Assembly (NCBI GenBank): GCA_964016885.1
Contig: OZ024741.1
Span: forward strand, 400,210,001 to 400,274,000
Origin: Eledone cirrhosa
Lineage: Eukaryota
Direction: 5' to 3'
Length of the DNA stretch: 64,000 nucleotides
Of this stretch, positions 1-14,036 are shown piece after piece. Numbering within the stretch: position 1 is the first letter of the stretch; each line of letters opens with the position of its first letter. The position numbers were made by a program, and so were the translations under genes. The notes below the pieces were generated by a model. It was given only the letters and a program-made list of their open reading frames with translations. It was not told where the DNA came from and did not search any database.

Positions 1-3000
1 AGACATGTAATGCTATGTTGTGTGACTTAAGATCCACTCTATATATTTGATATCAATGTTATATACACATTAAGACAAGTAATGCTATGTTGTGTGACTT
101 AAGGTCCACTCTATATATTTGATATCAATGTTATATACACATTAAGACAAGTAATGCTATGTTGTGTGGCTTAAGGTCCACTCTATATATTTGATATTAA
201 TGTTATATACACATTAAGACAAGTAATGCTATGTTGTGTGACTTAAGGTCCACTCTATATATTTGATATCAATGTTATATACACATTAAGACATGTAATG
301 CTATGTTGTGTGACTTAAGGTCCACTCTATATATTTGATATCAATGTTATATACACATTAAGACAAGTAATGCTATGTTGTGTGACTTAAGGTCCACTCT
401 ATATATTTGATATCAATGTTATATACACATTAAGACAAGTAATGCTATGTTGTGTGGCTTAAGGTCCACTCTATATATTTGATATTAATGTTATATACAC
501 ATTAAGACAAATAATGCTATGTTGTGTGACTTAAGGTCCACTCTATATATTTGATATCAATGTTATATACACATTAAGACAAGTAATACTATGTTGTGTG
601 ACTTAAGGTCCACTCTATATATTTGATATCAATGTTATATACACATTAAGACGAGTAATGCTATGTTGTGTGACTTAAGGTCCACTCTATATATTTGATA
701 TCAATGTTATATACACATTAAGACAAGTAATGCTATGTTGTGTGGCTTAAGGTCCACTCTATATATTTGATATTAATGTTATATACACATTAAGACAAGT
801 AATGCTATGTTGTGTGACTTAAGGTCCACTCTATATATTTGATATCAATGTTATATACACATTAAGACAAGTAATGCTTTGTTGTGTGACTTAAGGTCCA
901 CTCTATATATTTGATATCACTGTTATATACACATTAAGACAAGTAATGCTATGTTGTGTGACTTAAGGTCCACTCTATATATTTGATATCAATGTTATAT
1001 ACACATAAAGACAAGTAATGCTATGTTGTGTGACTTAAGGTCCACTCTATATATTTGATATCAATGTTATATACACATTAAGACATGTAATGCTATGTTG
1101 TGTGGCTTAAGGTCAACTCTATATATTTGATATCAATGTTATATACACATTAAGACAAGTAATGCTATGTTGTGTGACTTAAGGTCCACTCTATATATTT
1201 AATATCAATGTTATATACACATTAAGACAAGTAATGCTATGTTGTGTGACTTAAGGTCCACTCTATATATTTGATATCAATGTTATATACACATAAAGAC
1301 AAGTAATGCTATGTTGTGTGACTTAAGGTCCACTCTATATATTTGATATCAATGTTATATACACATTAAGACAAATAATGCTATGTTGTGTGACTTAAGG
1401 TCCACTCTATATATTTGATATCGATGTTATATACACATTAAGACAAGTAATGCTATGTTGCGTGACTTAAGGTCCACTCTATATATTTGATATCAATGTT
1501 ATATCCACATTAAGACATGTAATGCTATGTTGTGTGACTTAAGATCCACTCTATATATTTGATATCAATGTTATATACACATTAAGACAAGTAATGCTAT
1601 GTTGTGTGACTTAAGGTCCACTCTATATATTTGATATCAATGTTATATACACAATAACAGTTAATACTATGTTGTGTGACTTAAGGTCCACTCTATATAT
1701 TTGATATCAATGTTATATACACATTAAGACAAATAATGCTATGTTGTGTGACTTAAGGTCCACTCTATATATTTGATATCAATGTTATATACACATTAAG
1801 ACAAGTAATACTATGTTGTGTGACTTAAGGTCCACTCTATATATTTGATATCAATGTTATATACACATTAAGACAAGTAATGCTATGTTGTGTGACTTAA
1901 GGTCCACTCTATATATTTGATATCAATGTTATATACACATTAAGACAAGTAATGCTATGTTGTGTGGCTTAAGGTCCACTCTATATATTTGATATTAATG
2001 TTATATACACATTAAGACAAGTAATGCTATGTTGTGTGACTTAAGGTCCACTCTATATATTTGATATCAATGTTATATACACATTAAGACAAATAATACT
2101 ATGTTGTGTGACTTAAGGTCCACTCTATATATTTGATATCAATGTTATATACACATTAAGACATGTAATGCTATGTTGTGTGACTTAAGGTCCACTCTAT
2201 ATATTTGATATCAATGTTATATACACATTAAGACATGTAATGCTATGTTGTGTGACTTAAGGTCCACTCTATATATTTGATATCAATGTTATATACACAT
2301 TAAGACAAGTAATGCTATGTTGTGTGACTTAAGGTCCACTCTATATATTTGATATCAATGTTATATACACATTAAGACAAGTAATGCTATGTTGTGTGGC
2401 TTAAGGTCCACTCTATATATTTGATATTAATGTTATATACACATTAAGACAAATAATGCTATGTTGTGTGACTTAAGGTCCACTCTATATATTTGATATC
2501 AATGTTATATACACATTAAGACAAGTAATACTATGTTGTGTGACTTAAGGTCCACTCTATATATTTGATATCAATGTTATATACACATTAAGACAAGTAA
2601 TGCTATGTTGTGTGACTTAAGGTCCACTCTATATATTTGATATCAATGTTATATACACATTAAGACAAGTAATGCTATGTTGTGTGGCTTAAGGTCCACT
2701 CTATATATTTGATATTAATGTTATATACACATTAAGACAAGTAATGCTATGTTGTGTGACTTAAGGTCCACTCTATATATTTGATATCAATGTTATATAC
2801 ACATTAAGACAAGTAATACTATGTTGTGTGACTTAAGGTCCACTCTATATATTTGATATCAATGTTATATACACATTAAGACAAGTAATGCTATGTTGTG
2901 TGACTTAAGGTCCACTCTATATATTTGATATCAATGTTATATACACATTAAGACAAGTAATGCTATGTTGTGTAACTTAAGGTCCACTCTATATATTTGA

Positions 3001-3810
3001 TATCAATGTTATATACACATTAAGACATGTAATGCTATGTTGTGTGACTTAAGGTCCACTCTATATATTTGATATCAATGTTATATACACATTAAGACAA
3101 GTAATGCTATGTTGTGTGACTTAAGGTCCACTCTATATATTTGATATCAATGTTATATACACATTAAGACAAGTAATGCTATGTTGTGTGACTTAAGGTC
3201 CACTCTATATATTTGATATCAATGTTATATACACATTAAGACAAGTAATGCTATGTTGTGTGACTTAAGGTCCACTCTATATATTTGATATCAATGTTAT
3301 ATACACATTAAGACAAGTAATGCTATGTTGTGTGACTTAAGGTCCACTCTATATATTTGATATCAATGTTATATACACATTAAGACAAGTAATGCTATGT
3401 TGTGTGACTTAAGGTCCACTCTATATATTTGATATCAATGTTATATACACATTAAGACAAGTAATGCTATGTTGTGTGACTTAAGGTCCACTCTATATAT
3501 TTGATATCAATGTTATATACACATTAAGACATGTAATGCTATGTTGTGTGACTTAAGCTCCACTCTATATATTTGATATCAATGTTATATACACATTAAG
3601 ACAAGTAATGCTATGTTGTGTGACTTAAGGTCCACTCTATATATTTGATATCAATGTTATATACACATTAAGACATGTAATGCTATGTTGTGTGACTTAA
3701 GGTCCACTCTATATAATTGATATCAATGTTATATACACAATAACAGTTAATACTATGTTGTGTGACTTAAGGTCCACTCTATATATTTGATATGAATCTT
3801 ATATACATAA
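1..3810. repeat. 72-bp AT-rich tandem satellite (~52 copies, open at window start)
   Basis: Unit AGACAAGTAATGCTATGTTGTGTGACTTAAGGTCCACTCTATATATTTGATATCAATGTTATATACACATTA repeats with a 72-bp period and few substitutions; 70-bp variant units near 1650 and 3740. Confidence 0.98.
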
Positions 3811-4810
3811 TAATATTTAATGCTATGATATCAATGTTATATACACAATAACATTTAATGCTATGATATCAATGTTATATACACAATAACATTTAATGCT
3901 ATGATATCAATGTTATATACACAATAACAGTTAATGCTATGATATCAATGTTATATACACAATAACAGTTAATGCTATGATATCAATGTTATATACACAA
4001 TAACATTTAATGCTATGATATCAATGTTATATACACAATAACATTTAATGCTATGATATCAATGTTATATACACAATAACAGTTAATGCTATAATATCAA
4101 TGTTATATACACAATAACAGTTAATGCTATGATATCAATGTTATATACACAATAACAGTTAATGCTATGATATCAATGTTATATACACAATAACATTTAA
4201 TGCTATGATATCAATGTTATATACACAATAACATTTAATGCTATGATATCAATGTTATATACACAATAACATTTAATGCTATGATATCAATGTTATATAC
4301 ACAATAACATTTAATGCTATGATATCAATGTTATATACACAATAGCAGTTAATGCTATGATATCAATGTTATATACACAATAACAGTTAATGCTATGATA
4401 TCAATGTTATATACACAATAACAGTTAATGCTATGATATCAATGTTATATACACAATAACATTTAATGCTATGATATCAATGTTATATACACAATAACAT
4501 TTAATGCTATGATATGAATGTTATATACACAATAACAGTTAATGCTATGATATCAATGTTATATACACAATAACATTTAATGCTATGATATCAATGTAAT
4601 ATACACAATAACAGTTAATGCTATGATATCAATGTTATATACACAATAACATTTAATGCTATGATATCAATGTTATATACACAATAACAGTTAATGCTAT
4701 GATATCAATGTTATATACACAATAACAGTTAATGCTATGATATCAATGTTATATACACAATAACATTTAATGCTATGATATCGATGTTATATACACAATA
4801 ACATTTAATA
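3811..4810. repeat. 38-bp tandem minisatellite (~26 copies) derived from the 72-bp unit
   Basis: Unit TGCTATGATATCAATGTTATATACACAATAACA(T/G)TTAA, period 38 (3821, 3859 ... 4011). Confidence 0.97.
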
Positions 4811-5531
4811 TTTACAGATTTCAATTAAGTTCATACCATATATCATATATTTATATTACAAACAAAATTCAGTCAAAAAATTAAAATCATTTTTATTCCA
4901 TTTCATTTTATATTTTCACAAACGTAACATTTTTATTATATTTTTACCTTATATCTTATTATTTTTTTAATTTAATATTTTATAATTTTGTTCAATATTT
5001 ATTATATTTTTATGTTATATTTTATTATATTTTTATCTATTTTATCATATTTTTATCTTATATCTTATATTTTCATCTAATATTATATTTTATCTTATAA
5101 GTTATTATATTTTTATCTAATATTTTATATTTTTATTTAATCTAATATTTTATATTTTTATTTATTTTTTATTTTATATTTTCTTGCATTTTTCTCTAAT
5201 ATGATGATTTTCGTCTATTATTATCTTCACCTGGTAATGAAATATTATTAAAAGAACATTTATTACCTGGTTTAAACCAAAGGAAAACAATTGAATTCCT
5301 TTTTAAAAGTAATTATGTTTACATTTAATTAGATATTGGAATATTCCATATTTTTAATCTGTTATGCAAATCCTGGAGATAAATGAAACATCTTTTATAA
5401 ATTGTTTCATATCATTTAGAAGATATTTTAAAATAGAATTTGAAAATAATTTGCTGCATGCTGGTTAAGAGACTATATAAATCTGTGTATGTATGTATGT
5501 TGTATGTGTGTATGTATGTATGTATGTATGT

Positions 5532-7427
5532 GTTATCTCTTTCTCTTAATTTCGAGTATATTTTTTTGACCAGCCACCTTCCTGGTGGCAAGGTTGTAAA
5601 AGAAAAGAAATTGTCATCCCTTGAATCGCAAGAATGTTTTGCAAATTTTGAAGGAGCCAGCTATCGCAGCCATTTGTAGACTATGAATTAGGGAGCTGCG
5701 CTTTTTGTCCGCAAATCCAAGTTCAGTCATACTTTGGTCCAAGCGGGTTGGTATATAACCCGTAGCTCCAATAATGATGTGTATGAAGCTAAAGGTGTAT
5801 CTTGGATACTGGATTTGTAAACTCCTCATCAATGGTCCGTAGATGTCCTCCTTCTCCTGTATTTTTCTGACAACGTTTACATCAAGTGGGCAGCTGATCT
5901 CCACAACAGAACACGTTTTCAATGTGTGGTCCCAAACAACAATATCAGGCCGGTTGTGCTTTAATTTGGTGGCAGTTTTTATTTTCAGGTTCCACCAGTA
6001 TTCCTTAGTGCCATCTGTCTCAATATATTCTTTCTCATTTGTTGTTAATTTTGTTTTCCGAAGTGTGCGTTCCAGATGGTGCTAGCTATCCCATCGTGTT
6101 TCATGGGGAGGTAGTAGCGAGATGACATTCTTTCGCAGCTGGAAACAATGTGGCTTACATCCTCGATCTTTGTTTTACATAGCCTACATTTATTGTCAGC
6201 TGCTGGCCCTCCTCTTTTGTGCAGCAGATATTTGGTAGGGAGTTCTTGTTCCTGTATTGCATAGAGATATCCCTCAAGGTGTGATGTCATAAACTTGTCG
6301 GAACTCCATGCCAGGCTTTTTGAGTGGTTTATCCCCTCTATGGTCTGTGTTTTACGCCTCAAGTATCCATGCACAACTTTTTCTGTAAATTGGTCAATTT
6401 TTTAATCTCGTTTGAACATTGAATAAGATCTTCCGATTTCTCTGGGTGAGAGATTTATATCAGGCTTTATTCCATACCTCTCCTCCAGATCAGTCGCTAT
6501 TCTAATGATATTTTTTTTTTCATGTTCATAAACCTGGGCAAGATGGTTGCCAACCTTTTTCCTCTGTTGAAGGTGTTGCTTCAGTGTTACTATCCGGGTC
6601 TCATATGTTGTTAACATTGATTTTAGACCCCGGCCACCTTCCTTGTGTGAGAAGTATAGCCTATCCCCATCACCATTGATGTTAAAGTTCCCAGTAACAC
6701 TGAGAAGTTTTCGAGTTCTAACATCCATCTCACTTAGTTCTTGCAATGATCAGTTCAGCAGGCCAAATGTTGGCGTTAGAATTAGCACAGCATAAGTATT
6801 GTGGGCAATGTATTTGTTGTACGCTGACAGTTCTGATGACCATATTTTCTTCACTCTTCTGAGGTATTCAGTTCTGGTTCTCTCCTTATTTATGGGTCCA
6901 TCATATCTGACATTCCCATCCTGTCCAAGATATCTGTAGTTGTCACCTGACTGTAGAGGTTGTATTGTCAGGCCGTTCATCTCTAGATTTTTAGAGGAGA
7001 GCACAGCTCTTCCACGTTTTACTGCCAAATATGCACACTTGGACTCACCAAATTTCATTTTGATGTCGGTTGAAAATTGTGTAATGAGGTCCAATTGTTT
7101 CTTGATGTCATTGATATTTGGCCCATACAACTTCAGGTCATCAACAAAGAAAAGATGGGAGATACTTCTGGACCCACTTCTTTGTCCACCTTATTTCCTG
7201 AGTAGGTAAGATAGTGGATTCAGTAAGAGAACGAAGAGTAGCACTGACAAGCTATCACCCTGAAAGATGCCCTTCTGGTAATGTATCTTATCAGTCTTAA
7301 CTTGCTCCTTCTCACCTCTAAGGATCAAATTGGTGTACCAGTTCTTGGTCAGGTGTTCAACAGCAGCTACCAATGGTTGTGGGACTTTAGCTAACTGTAA
7401 AGCCTTTATAATCCACCCATGAGGTAC
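5532..7427 (-). mobile_element. 5'-truncated, frameshifted R4/Dong-type non-LTR retrotransposon (RT + CCHC + restriction-like endonuclease)
   Basis: ORF pieces read GIFQGDSLSVLLFVLLLNPL, ISHLFFVDDLKLYG, RLYFSHKEGGRGL, CRLCKTKIEDVSHIVSSC...KHD and NRPDIVVWD..CSVVEISCP...EKEDIY (RLE PD..E..K motif); flanked by (TATG)n. Confidence 0.9.
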
Positions 7428-7467
7428 TATGTATGTATGTATGTATATATGCATGTATGTATGTATA

Positions 7468-7856
7468 TCAGAGTTTTACTTCTCCTGATGGTATCCAATG
7501 ATGTTTTCCTTCTCCTGATGGTATCCAATGATGTTGACTTGTTCTTCTTTTTGGTAAATATCGTCTTGGTTAAGAGAGTGGGACTGGCTTTGTGCAGTGC
7601 CTTTGCTCACTATAAAAGCTTCATGGCACAGGCATTGCTTTATATCTGTAGATCTCTGATCTCTCTACACTTGTCATCACATGGTACCATGGGCCCAGCA
7701 CTATGTGTCAATAATTGTCACAAGTGTAGTGTTTGTACCAGAGTTTTCAAGTCGCTGGCTGGGCTAAAAAGTCACACTCGTTCAGCACATCGGTAGGGGT
7801 TCTCCTACATGGATATAAAGTAGTGGCCGTACTCGAAAACGAGTTGGCAGCCACCA
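7468..7856. mobile_element. RTE-like LINE 3' fragment with terminal C2H2 finger (+, 7681-7856), preceded by an apparently inverted piece
   Basis: CSVCTRVFKSLAGLKSHTRSAH-R-stop, a short stem-loop 3' UTR (GTGGC...GCCAC), then (TATG)n. 7468-7680 on the minus strand reads ...SLDTIRRRK, resembling a post-RT region. Confidence 0.55.
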
Positions 7857-7952
7857 TGTATGTATATATGTATATATGTATGTATGGATGTGTGTGTGTA
7901 TATGTTGTATGTGTTGTATGTGTATGTGTATGTATATATATATATATATATA

Positions 7953-8775
7953 ACCTGGAACGATTTGATAAATTCCGACCTTACACACTTGCACCTCTCT
8001 AAGACAATGTCACTGGACCGAGATCTTTGGCGCCACGCAGTAATAAAAAAAACCCGCCTTGCCTAAGTACAAAGCGAAACCTACAGTCAGTAGGCACCTC
8101 TTAACCAAATATACACCCCAATCCACTACCCCTACCCTTTCCTCCCACTCCCACCAACACCACCCTTTCTCTGTAAAGTTGCTACCACAACATCCAGTCC
8201 AAATAAATGAGATAATGAGATCGAGATCGTGTAGGTGTCACAACAAAATAACACACAGTCCACGCTATAATGTGGCCGTGTAGGTGTCACAACAAAATAA
8301 CACACAGTCCATGTTGTAATGTGGTCGTGTAGGTGTCACAACAAAATAACACACAGTCCATGTTGAAATGTGGCCGTGTAGGTGTCACAACAAAATAACA
8401 CACAGTCCATGTTGTAATGTGGCCGTGTAGGTGTCACGACAAAATAACACACAGTCCATGTTGTAATGTGGCCGTGTAGGTGTCACAACAAAATAACACA
8501 CAGTCCATGTTGTAATGTGGCCGTGTAGGTGTCACGACAAAATAACACACAGTCCATGTTGTAATGTGGCCGTGTAGGTAACACGGTAAAAACCTCCCAG
8601 TCCACACTGTAAATATGGTTGGTGTTAGGAAGGGCAACCAGCCGTAGAAAACCTGCCAGATAGTCCTATATGAGCGAGACATGGTCACTAGACCAACCTT
8701 GCCTCAAGTGAGACAACTCCCGTCTAACCCATGCTAGCGTGGAAGATGGACGTTAAACGATGATGATGATGATGA
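7953..8775 (+). mobile_element. 3' end of RTE LINE family A with internal 49-bp minisatellite
   Basis: TWNDLINSDLTHLHLSKTMSLDRDLWR matches the C-terminus at 59745-59859; shared 3' UTR and (GAT)n tail; 49-bp unit x7 at 8231-8580. Confidence 0.92.
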
Positions 8776-8778
8776 TAT

Positions 8779-8970
8779 AATAATTGTTTCTACTTTTGGC
8801 ACAAGGCCAGCAATTATCCCAGTGTATTACTGGTACTTTATTTTATCAATCCTGTAAGGATGAAAGGCAGTTAACCTCGGCGGGATTTGAACTCAGACCA
8901 TAAAGGGCCGTAACTCTTTGCTGCAAAGCATGGCGTCCGACCCTCTACCGATACTGCCAATCCACCGCCC
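8779..8970 (-). mobile_element. tRNA-derived Meta-domain SINE
   Basis: Reverse complement of the copy at 11709-11898. Confidence 0.88.
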
Positions 8971-9027
8971 TTGATAATATAATAATAATAAAAAGGATGA
9001 GGTGTTAAATCTTCATTATATTTATTG

Positions 9028-9118
9028 AGATGTGACACGCATTTCACAATCGATCAGCTCAAGGTTCGATCTGTATTGATCAGGCCCAACTTTGGAATCA
9101 ATAGCTCATCAGACTTCT
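9028..9118 (-). ncRNA. Candidate type I hammerhead ribozyme (partly decayed)
   Basis: Minus strand: AGAAGT-CTGATGA-GCTATTGATT...GATCGATTGT-GAAA-TGCGTG-TC-ACATCT; GUC cleavage triplet; adjacent to (AT)n. Confidence 0.6.
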
Positions 9119-9129
9119 GTTATGGTAAT

Positions 9130-9675
<546 letters not shown>

Positions 9676-10074
9676 CATGAAAATAATGACAATACATTTT
9701 ATTGCTTATGGCTTCCACTGTTTCTAATAATTTTATTCTGTTTTTAAGAAGTTGAATTTAAAATATAAAGTAGAAAATATTTCTTGTTAGCATCAGAGAA
9801 TTATCAGTTACACTGTTTAATCAATACATTACATTGTTTAATCAATCGATATTTATATCATCAAATATGTAAAAATGAGGTCCCTAACCTCGGACTAATT
9901 TACCTGCAAGGAGTAAGTTTTACCTGATGAATGGCTAAATTTACTGATTTGCACATGTTTATTTGTTGTATTTCTATATATAATAAAGATTGTATTGAGT
10001 ACCTTTTATAACTGTGGTTACCCACCAGATACAACTCGGGAATCTCATATTATGTATATGCATATCATAATCAT

Positions 10075-10428
10075 GATGATGATCCCCATCGTTTAACACT
10101 CATTTTCCACAGATGGGTTATCTCGCTTGAGGCAAGTTGGGTCTGGTGACCATGTCTTGCTCATACAGAACAGGTTCTGGCTTGGTTTCTACAGCTGGAT
10201 GCCCTTCCTAACAGCAATCACATTTACAGTGTGTGCTGAGTAATTTTTGTTGTGACACCTACATGACCACTTTACAGCATGGACTGGGTAATTTTTGTTG
10301 TGACACCTACATGACCACTTTACAGCATGGACTGGGTAATTTTTGTTGTGACACCTACATGACCACTTTACAGTGTGTGCTGGGTAATTTTTGTTGTGAC
10401 ACCTATATGACCACTTTACAGTGTGGGC
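10075..10428 (-). mobile_element. RTE family A 3' UTR fragment with 48-bp tandem repeat
   Basis: Reverse-complement match to the 3' UTR at 8580-8770 and 60000-60350; 48-bp unit x4 at 10240-10428. Confidence 0.8.
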
Positions 10429-10544
<116 letters not shown>

Positions 10545-10685
10545 TATATTATTTATTCTTTATCATTAACATTAATATAAAAAATAATAATCATGTATAA
10601 TTATTAAAAATATTTTAGCAAATTTTTTTAGAAAGGGCTTCAAATTTCATATAACTTAGGACCTCGGCAGGTGAAAGTTTGGCCC

Positions 10686-11140
10686 TGAAGGGGTTTCTGA
10701 AAGTCATCGGAGCTGTGCTGTTTTCTGACTTTGTAGGCATGCGCACGGGTGTTAGACACACGGAATTCAAAAGGGTGCTCCGGGTTGTTGTTGGAAAGAT
10801 GGTTAATAATTTTGGAGGTGTTTACCAAGTCAGTTGCCAGACATTGGAGCTTCAATGTATCCATGCCCAGGGAAGCAAGGCATTCAGAGTATGGTAGATG
10901 CTTGATTGAGGGTATTCGCTTGGTTGCACATCCCTGAAAAGATTCCAGGAGGTCAATGTTCTGAGCAAGATAGTGGTTCCAGACTGGTGATGCAAATTCT
11001 ATGGCTGTACCATAGCTATATACAGCTTTAAATAGATAGCTGGAGAGCTGCTGACAAAGGTCTTGCTGAGTGATGTTAAGAGACCCTCGGCCTTCTTGAA
11101 AATTTTAGAGACGTGCTTCGTCCAACACAAATCGCTGTTT
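10686..11140 (-). mobile_element. CR1-type LINE ORF2 C-terminal fragment
   Basis: KRIPSIKHLPYSECLASLGMDTLKLQ...TRAHAYKVRKQH; homologous to 16716-16960 and 61660-61824. Confidence 0.88.
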
Positions 11141-11441
11141 ACATATGAAATACTTCTTTAGTTTTTTCTGAAATCTGTAGAAACTAAATCATCAATCCAA
11201 TCACTGAGGGCTTTGACTGCTGGGAACAATGTATTCAGTTTCCAGTGACAGGGTCACATCACAGTCCCTATGCTATGTATTTAGGTCAACCATCAGATCA
11301 CAGAAGTGTGATCTGTGTAACTGACCAATTGAAATTTTGGACATCCTACATTATCACTACTGCAATGTAGCATACCTATGTCCACAGATATAGATATATT
11401 TTGTTGTGGTGTGTGGTTGAGGGCACAGGTCTTCTTCCACT

Positions 11442-11488
<47 letters not shown>

Positions 11489-11708
11489 TTAATTATTTGT
11501 TTTCATTTAATAACATCTGGTTGAGATCTTATTCGGAATGTTTAGTGGAAATTATTAATATTTCCTCTGTTAACACTTTGAATTTACCCACCAAAAACCG
11601 GTATATCGGTCTACTATTTGTCTAATCTTATTTCTAGCTATGTGCCTCTGTCTCGTCATCTATTTGTTGTGGTATACAAACCCTTTTATTATATATATAT
11701 ATATGTAT

Positions 11709-11898
11709 AGGGCGGTGGATTGTCAGTATCGGTAGAGGGTCGGATGCCATGCTTTGCAGAGTTGCGGCCCTTTATGGTCTGAGTTCAAAACCCGCCAAGG
11801 TTAACTTTGCCTTTCATCCTTCCCGGGTCGATAAAATAAAGTACCAGTAATGCACTGGGATAATTGCTGGCCTTGTGCCAATAGTAGAAACAATTATA
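11709..11898 (+). mobile_element. tRNA-derived Meta-domain SINE
   Basis: A-box-like T(G/T)GCAGTATCGG, B-box GAGTTCAAA, central GCCTTTCATCCTT..GGGTCGATAAAATAAAGTACC, tail GTAGAAACAATT; about 15 copies in the window. Confidence 0.88.
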
Positions 11899-12754
11899 TA
11901 TGTATGTGTATATGTATATTATATATATATAAATATATAAATATATATATATGTATGTGTGTGTGTGTGTGTATATTGAAAATGCATGAGATCCTTGGTA
12001 CAGTTAGGTATATTTGAAAAAAAGGAAAAGAATGACTTCACTTGTAGTGTCAAAAAATTTATGATTTAATGTTATAATATAATATTATAATATTATGAGC
12101 TGGTAGATCCAGTAAGTTCTTTAACTTCGGTGGGAAGAATTTTAGAGATTCCTGGTTAACTTGGGTTGGAGAACTTTCTCGCATTCGTCTGTCTGTGGCG
12201 ATTGTCAAACTGAGATCAGGTTGTGTTGAAATGTGTGACTATATATAAGAGAGATTTGGATGTGTCTGGGCTGTGGCATGTGGTGTTAATGAGTGCTGAT
12301 GATGATGAAGGTCTGGAGGAATTAAAGAACACACACACACACACACACACAGACAATGGTGAGGTTGTAAGATAAGGGTGTTTGAGAAGGTAGTTGTAAA
12401 CCTACTCTCCTGCTGGTTTTATTTCATTAGCTGACCTTTGATGAGTATATAATGGCATAGCCGAATCAACTCTTCCAAATCCATAAAGAATATCTTCTAC
12501 AGATTTCTATATCAAAGATGAATTTAGGTGCTTGTCTGGGTTTTAATGAGGTGTAAGATACATGTCTTTTGATAAGAATGGGATGACAGGAAAAAGAGAA
12601 AAGATGGATAGTTTGAGAATATTTGTCAAAGATGTGATGTTGATATTGGTCTGGGAGAGGAAGTGTGGGGGGACATGCTGGCTCATATATTCACTTCCCT
12701 ATATGTAAATGTATCTACAGTCTATATTTACTACATACAAACACATATCAATAC

Positions 12755-12785
<31 letters not shown>

Positions 12786-12858
12786 AAAGACGTAAAATAA
12801 GAAAATATTAAAAAAAAAAATTTAAAAAATTTTTTTTTACTTACTTACTTAAATTTTC

Positions 12859-12940
12859 ACTCCAACTAATTAGTTTCTGCAATGGGATAAAGACAGTTAC
12901 GTAATCCAACTGTCGAGAATTCATTGCGTCATCAGGGAGT
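12859..12940 (-). ncRNA. Type I hammerhead ribozyme candidate
   Basis: Reverse complement of 14037-14118. Confidence 0.8.
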
Positions 12941-13419
12941 CTATTCTCAGCTAAGTCTCCAGGCAATGCGCGGACACTGGCGGCTCATATAAAAATAATA
13001 ATAATTCGGTAGATAGAACAGCTGGCGAGGACTGGATTCTATGTACTGAAATTCTCACTGCTTCTAGTCAAATGGCTGATTCTAAAGAATCAATCACGTG
13101 ACACAGAGGCTAGTTAGAAGGAATGGGATGGTAAGATGACTGACGCCTACTAACACCCCAAAAAAAATTTTTTTAGAAGTGGTTTTGGCAGGTTTGCTCG
13201 ACAAATCAGTGATTTGGAGATAAATATAGATAATTTAATAAATCAACTAACATAAGCGCACAGATGCACGCCCATGCCAGCAAATACACAGGTTATGTCA
13301 TAGTACCTAGGTGGTTCAATGCAGGAGGATGCAGAACAATAATATAAAAGACGTAAAATAAGAAAATATTTTTAAAAAAAATTTTTAAAAAATTTTTTTA
13401 CTTACTTACTTAAATTTTC

Positions 13420-13501
13420 ACTCCAACTAATTAGTTTCTGCAATGGGATAAAGACAGTTACGTAATCCAACTGTCGAGAATTCATTGCGTCATCAGGGAG
13501 T
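13420..13501 (-). ncRNA. Type I hammerhead ribozyme candidate
   Basis: Second tandem copy, 561 nt from the first. Confidence 0.8.
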
Positions 13502-14036
13502 CTATTCTCAGCTAAGTCTCCAGGCAATGCGCGGAGACTGGCGGCTCATATAAAAATAATAATAATTCGGTAGATAGAACAGCTGGCGAGGACTGGATTC
13601 TATGTACTGAAATTCTCACTGCTTCTAGTCAAATGGCCGATTCTAAAGAATCAATCACGTGACACAGAGGCTAGTTAGAAGGAATGGGATGGTAAGATGA
13701 CTGACGCCTACTAACACCCCAAAAAAATTTTTTTTAGAAGTGGTTTTGGCAGGTTTGCTCGACAAATCAGTGATTTGGAGATAAATATAGATAATTTAAT
13801 ATATCAACTAACATAAGCGCACAGATGCACGCCCATGCCAGCTTACCATCCCATTCCTTCTAACTAGCCTCTGTGTCACGTGATTGATTCTTTAGAATCG
13901 GCCATTTGACTAGAAGCAGTGAGAATTTCAGTACATAGAATCCAGTCCTCGCCAGCTGTTCTATCTACCGAATTATTATTATTTTTATATGAGCCGCCAG
14001 TGTCCGCGCATTGCCTGGAGACTTAGCTGAGAATAG

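Noticed and set aside
9920-9960. CTGATGA at 9924, and similar partial motifs near 11630-11670 and 12438-12470
   Set aside because: The cores are incomplete and the helices do not pair; at most these are decayed remnants.
11140-11390. Possible exon (minus strand HWKLNTLFPAVKALSDWIDDLVSTDFRKN)
   Set aside because: It is bounded by stops, with no clear splice sites and no recognisable family.
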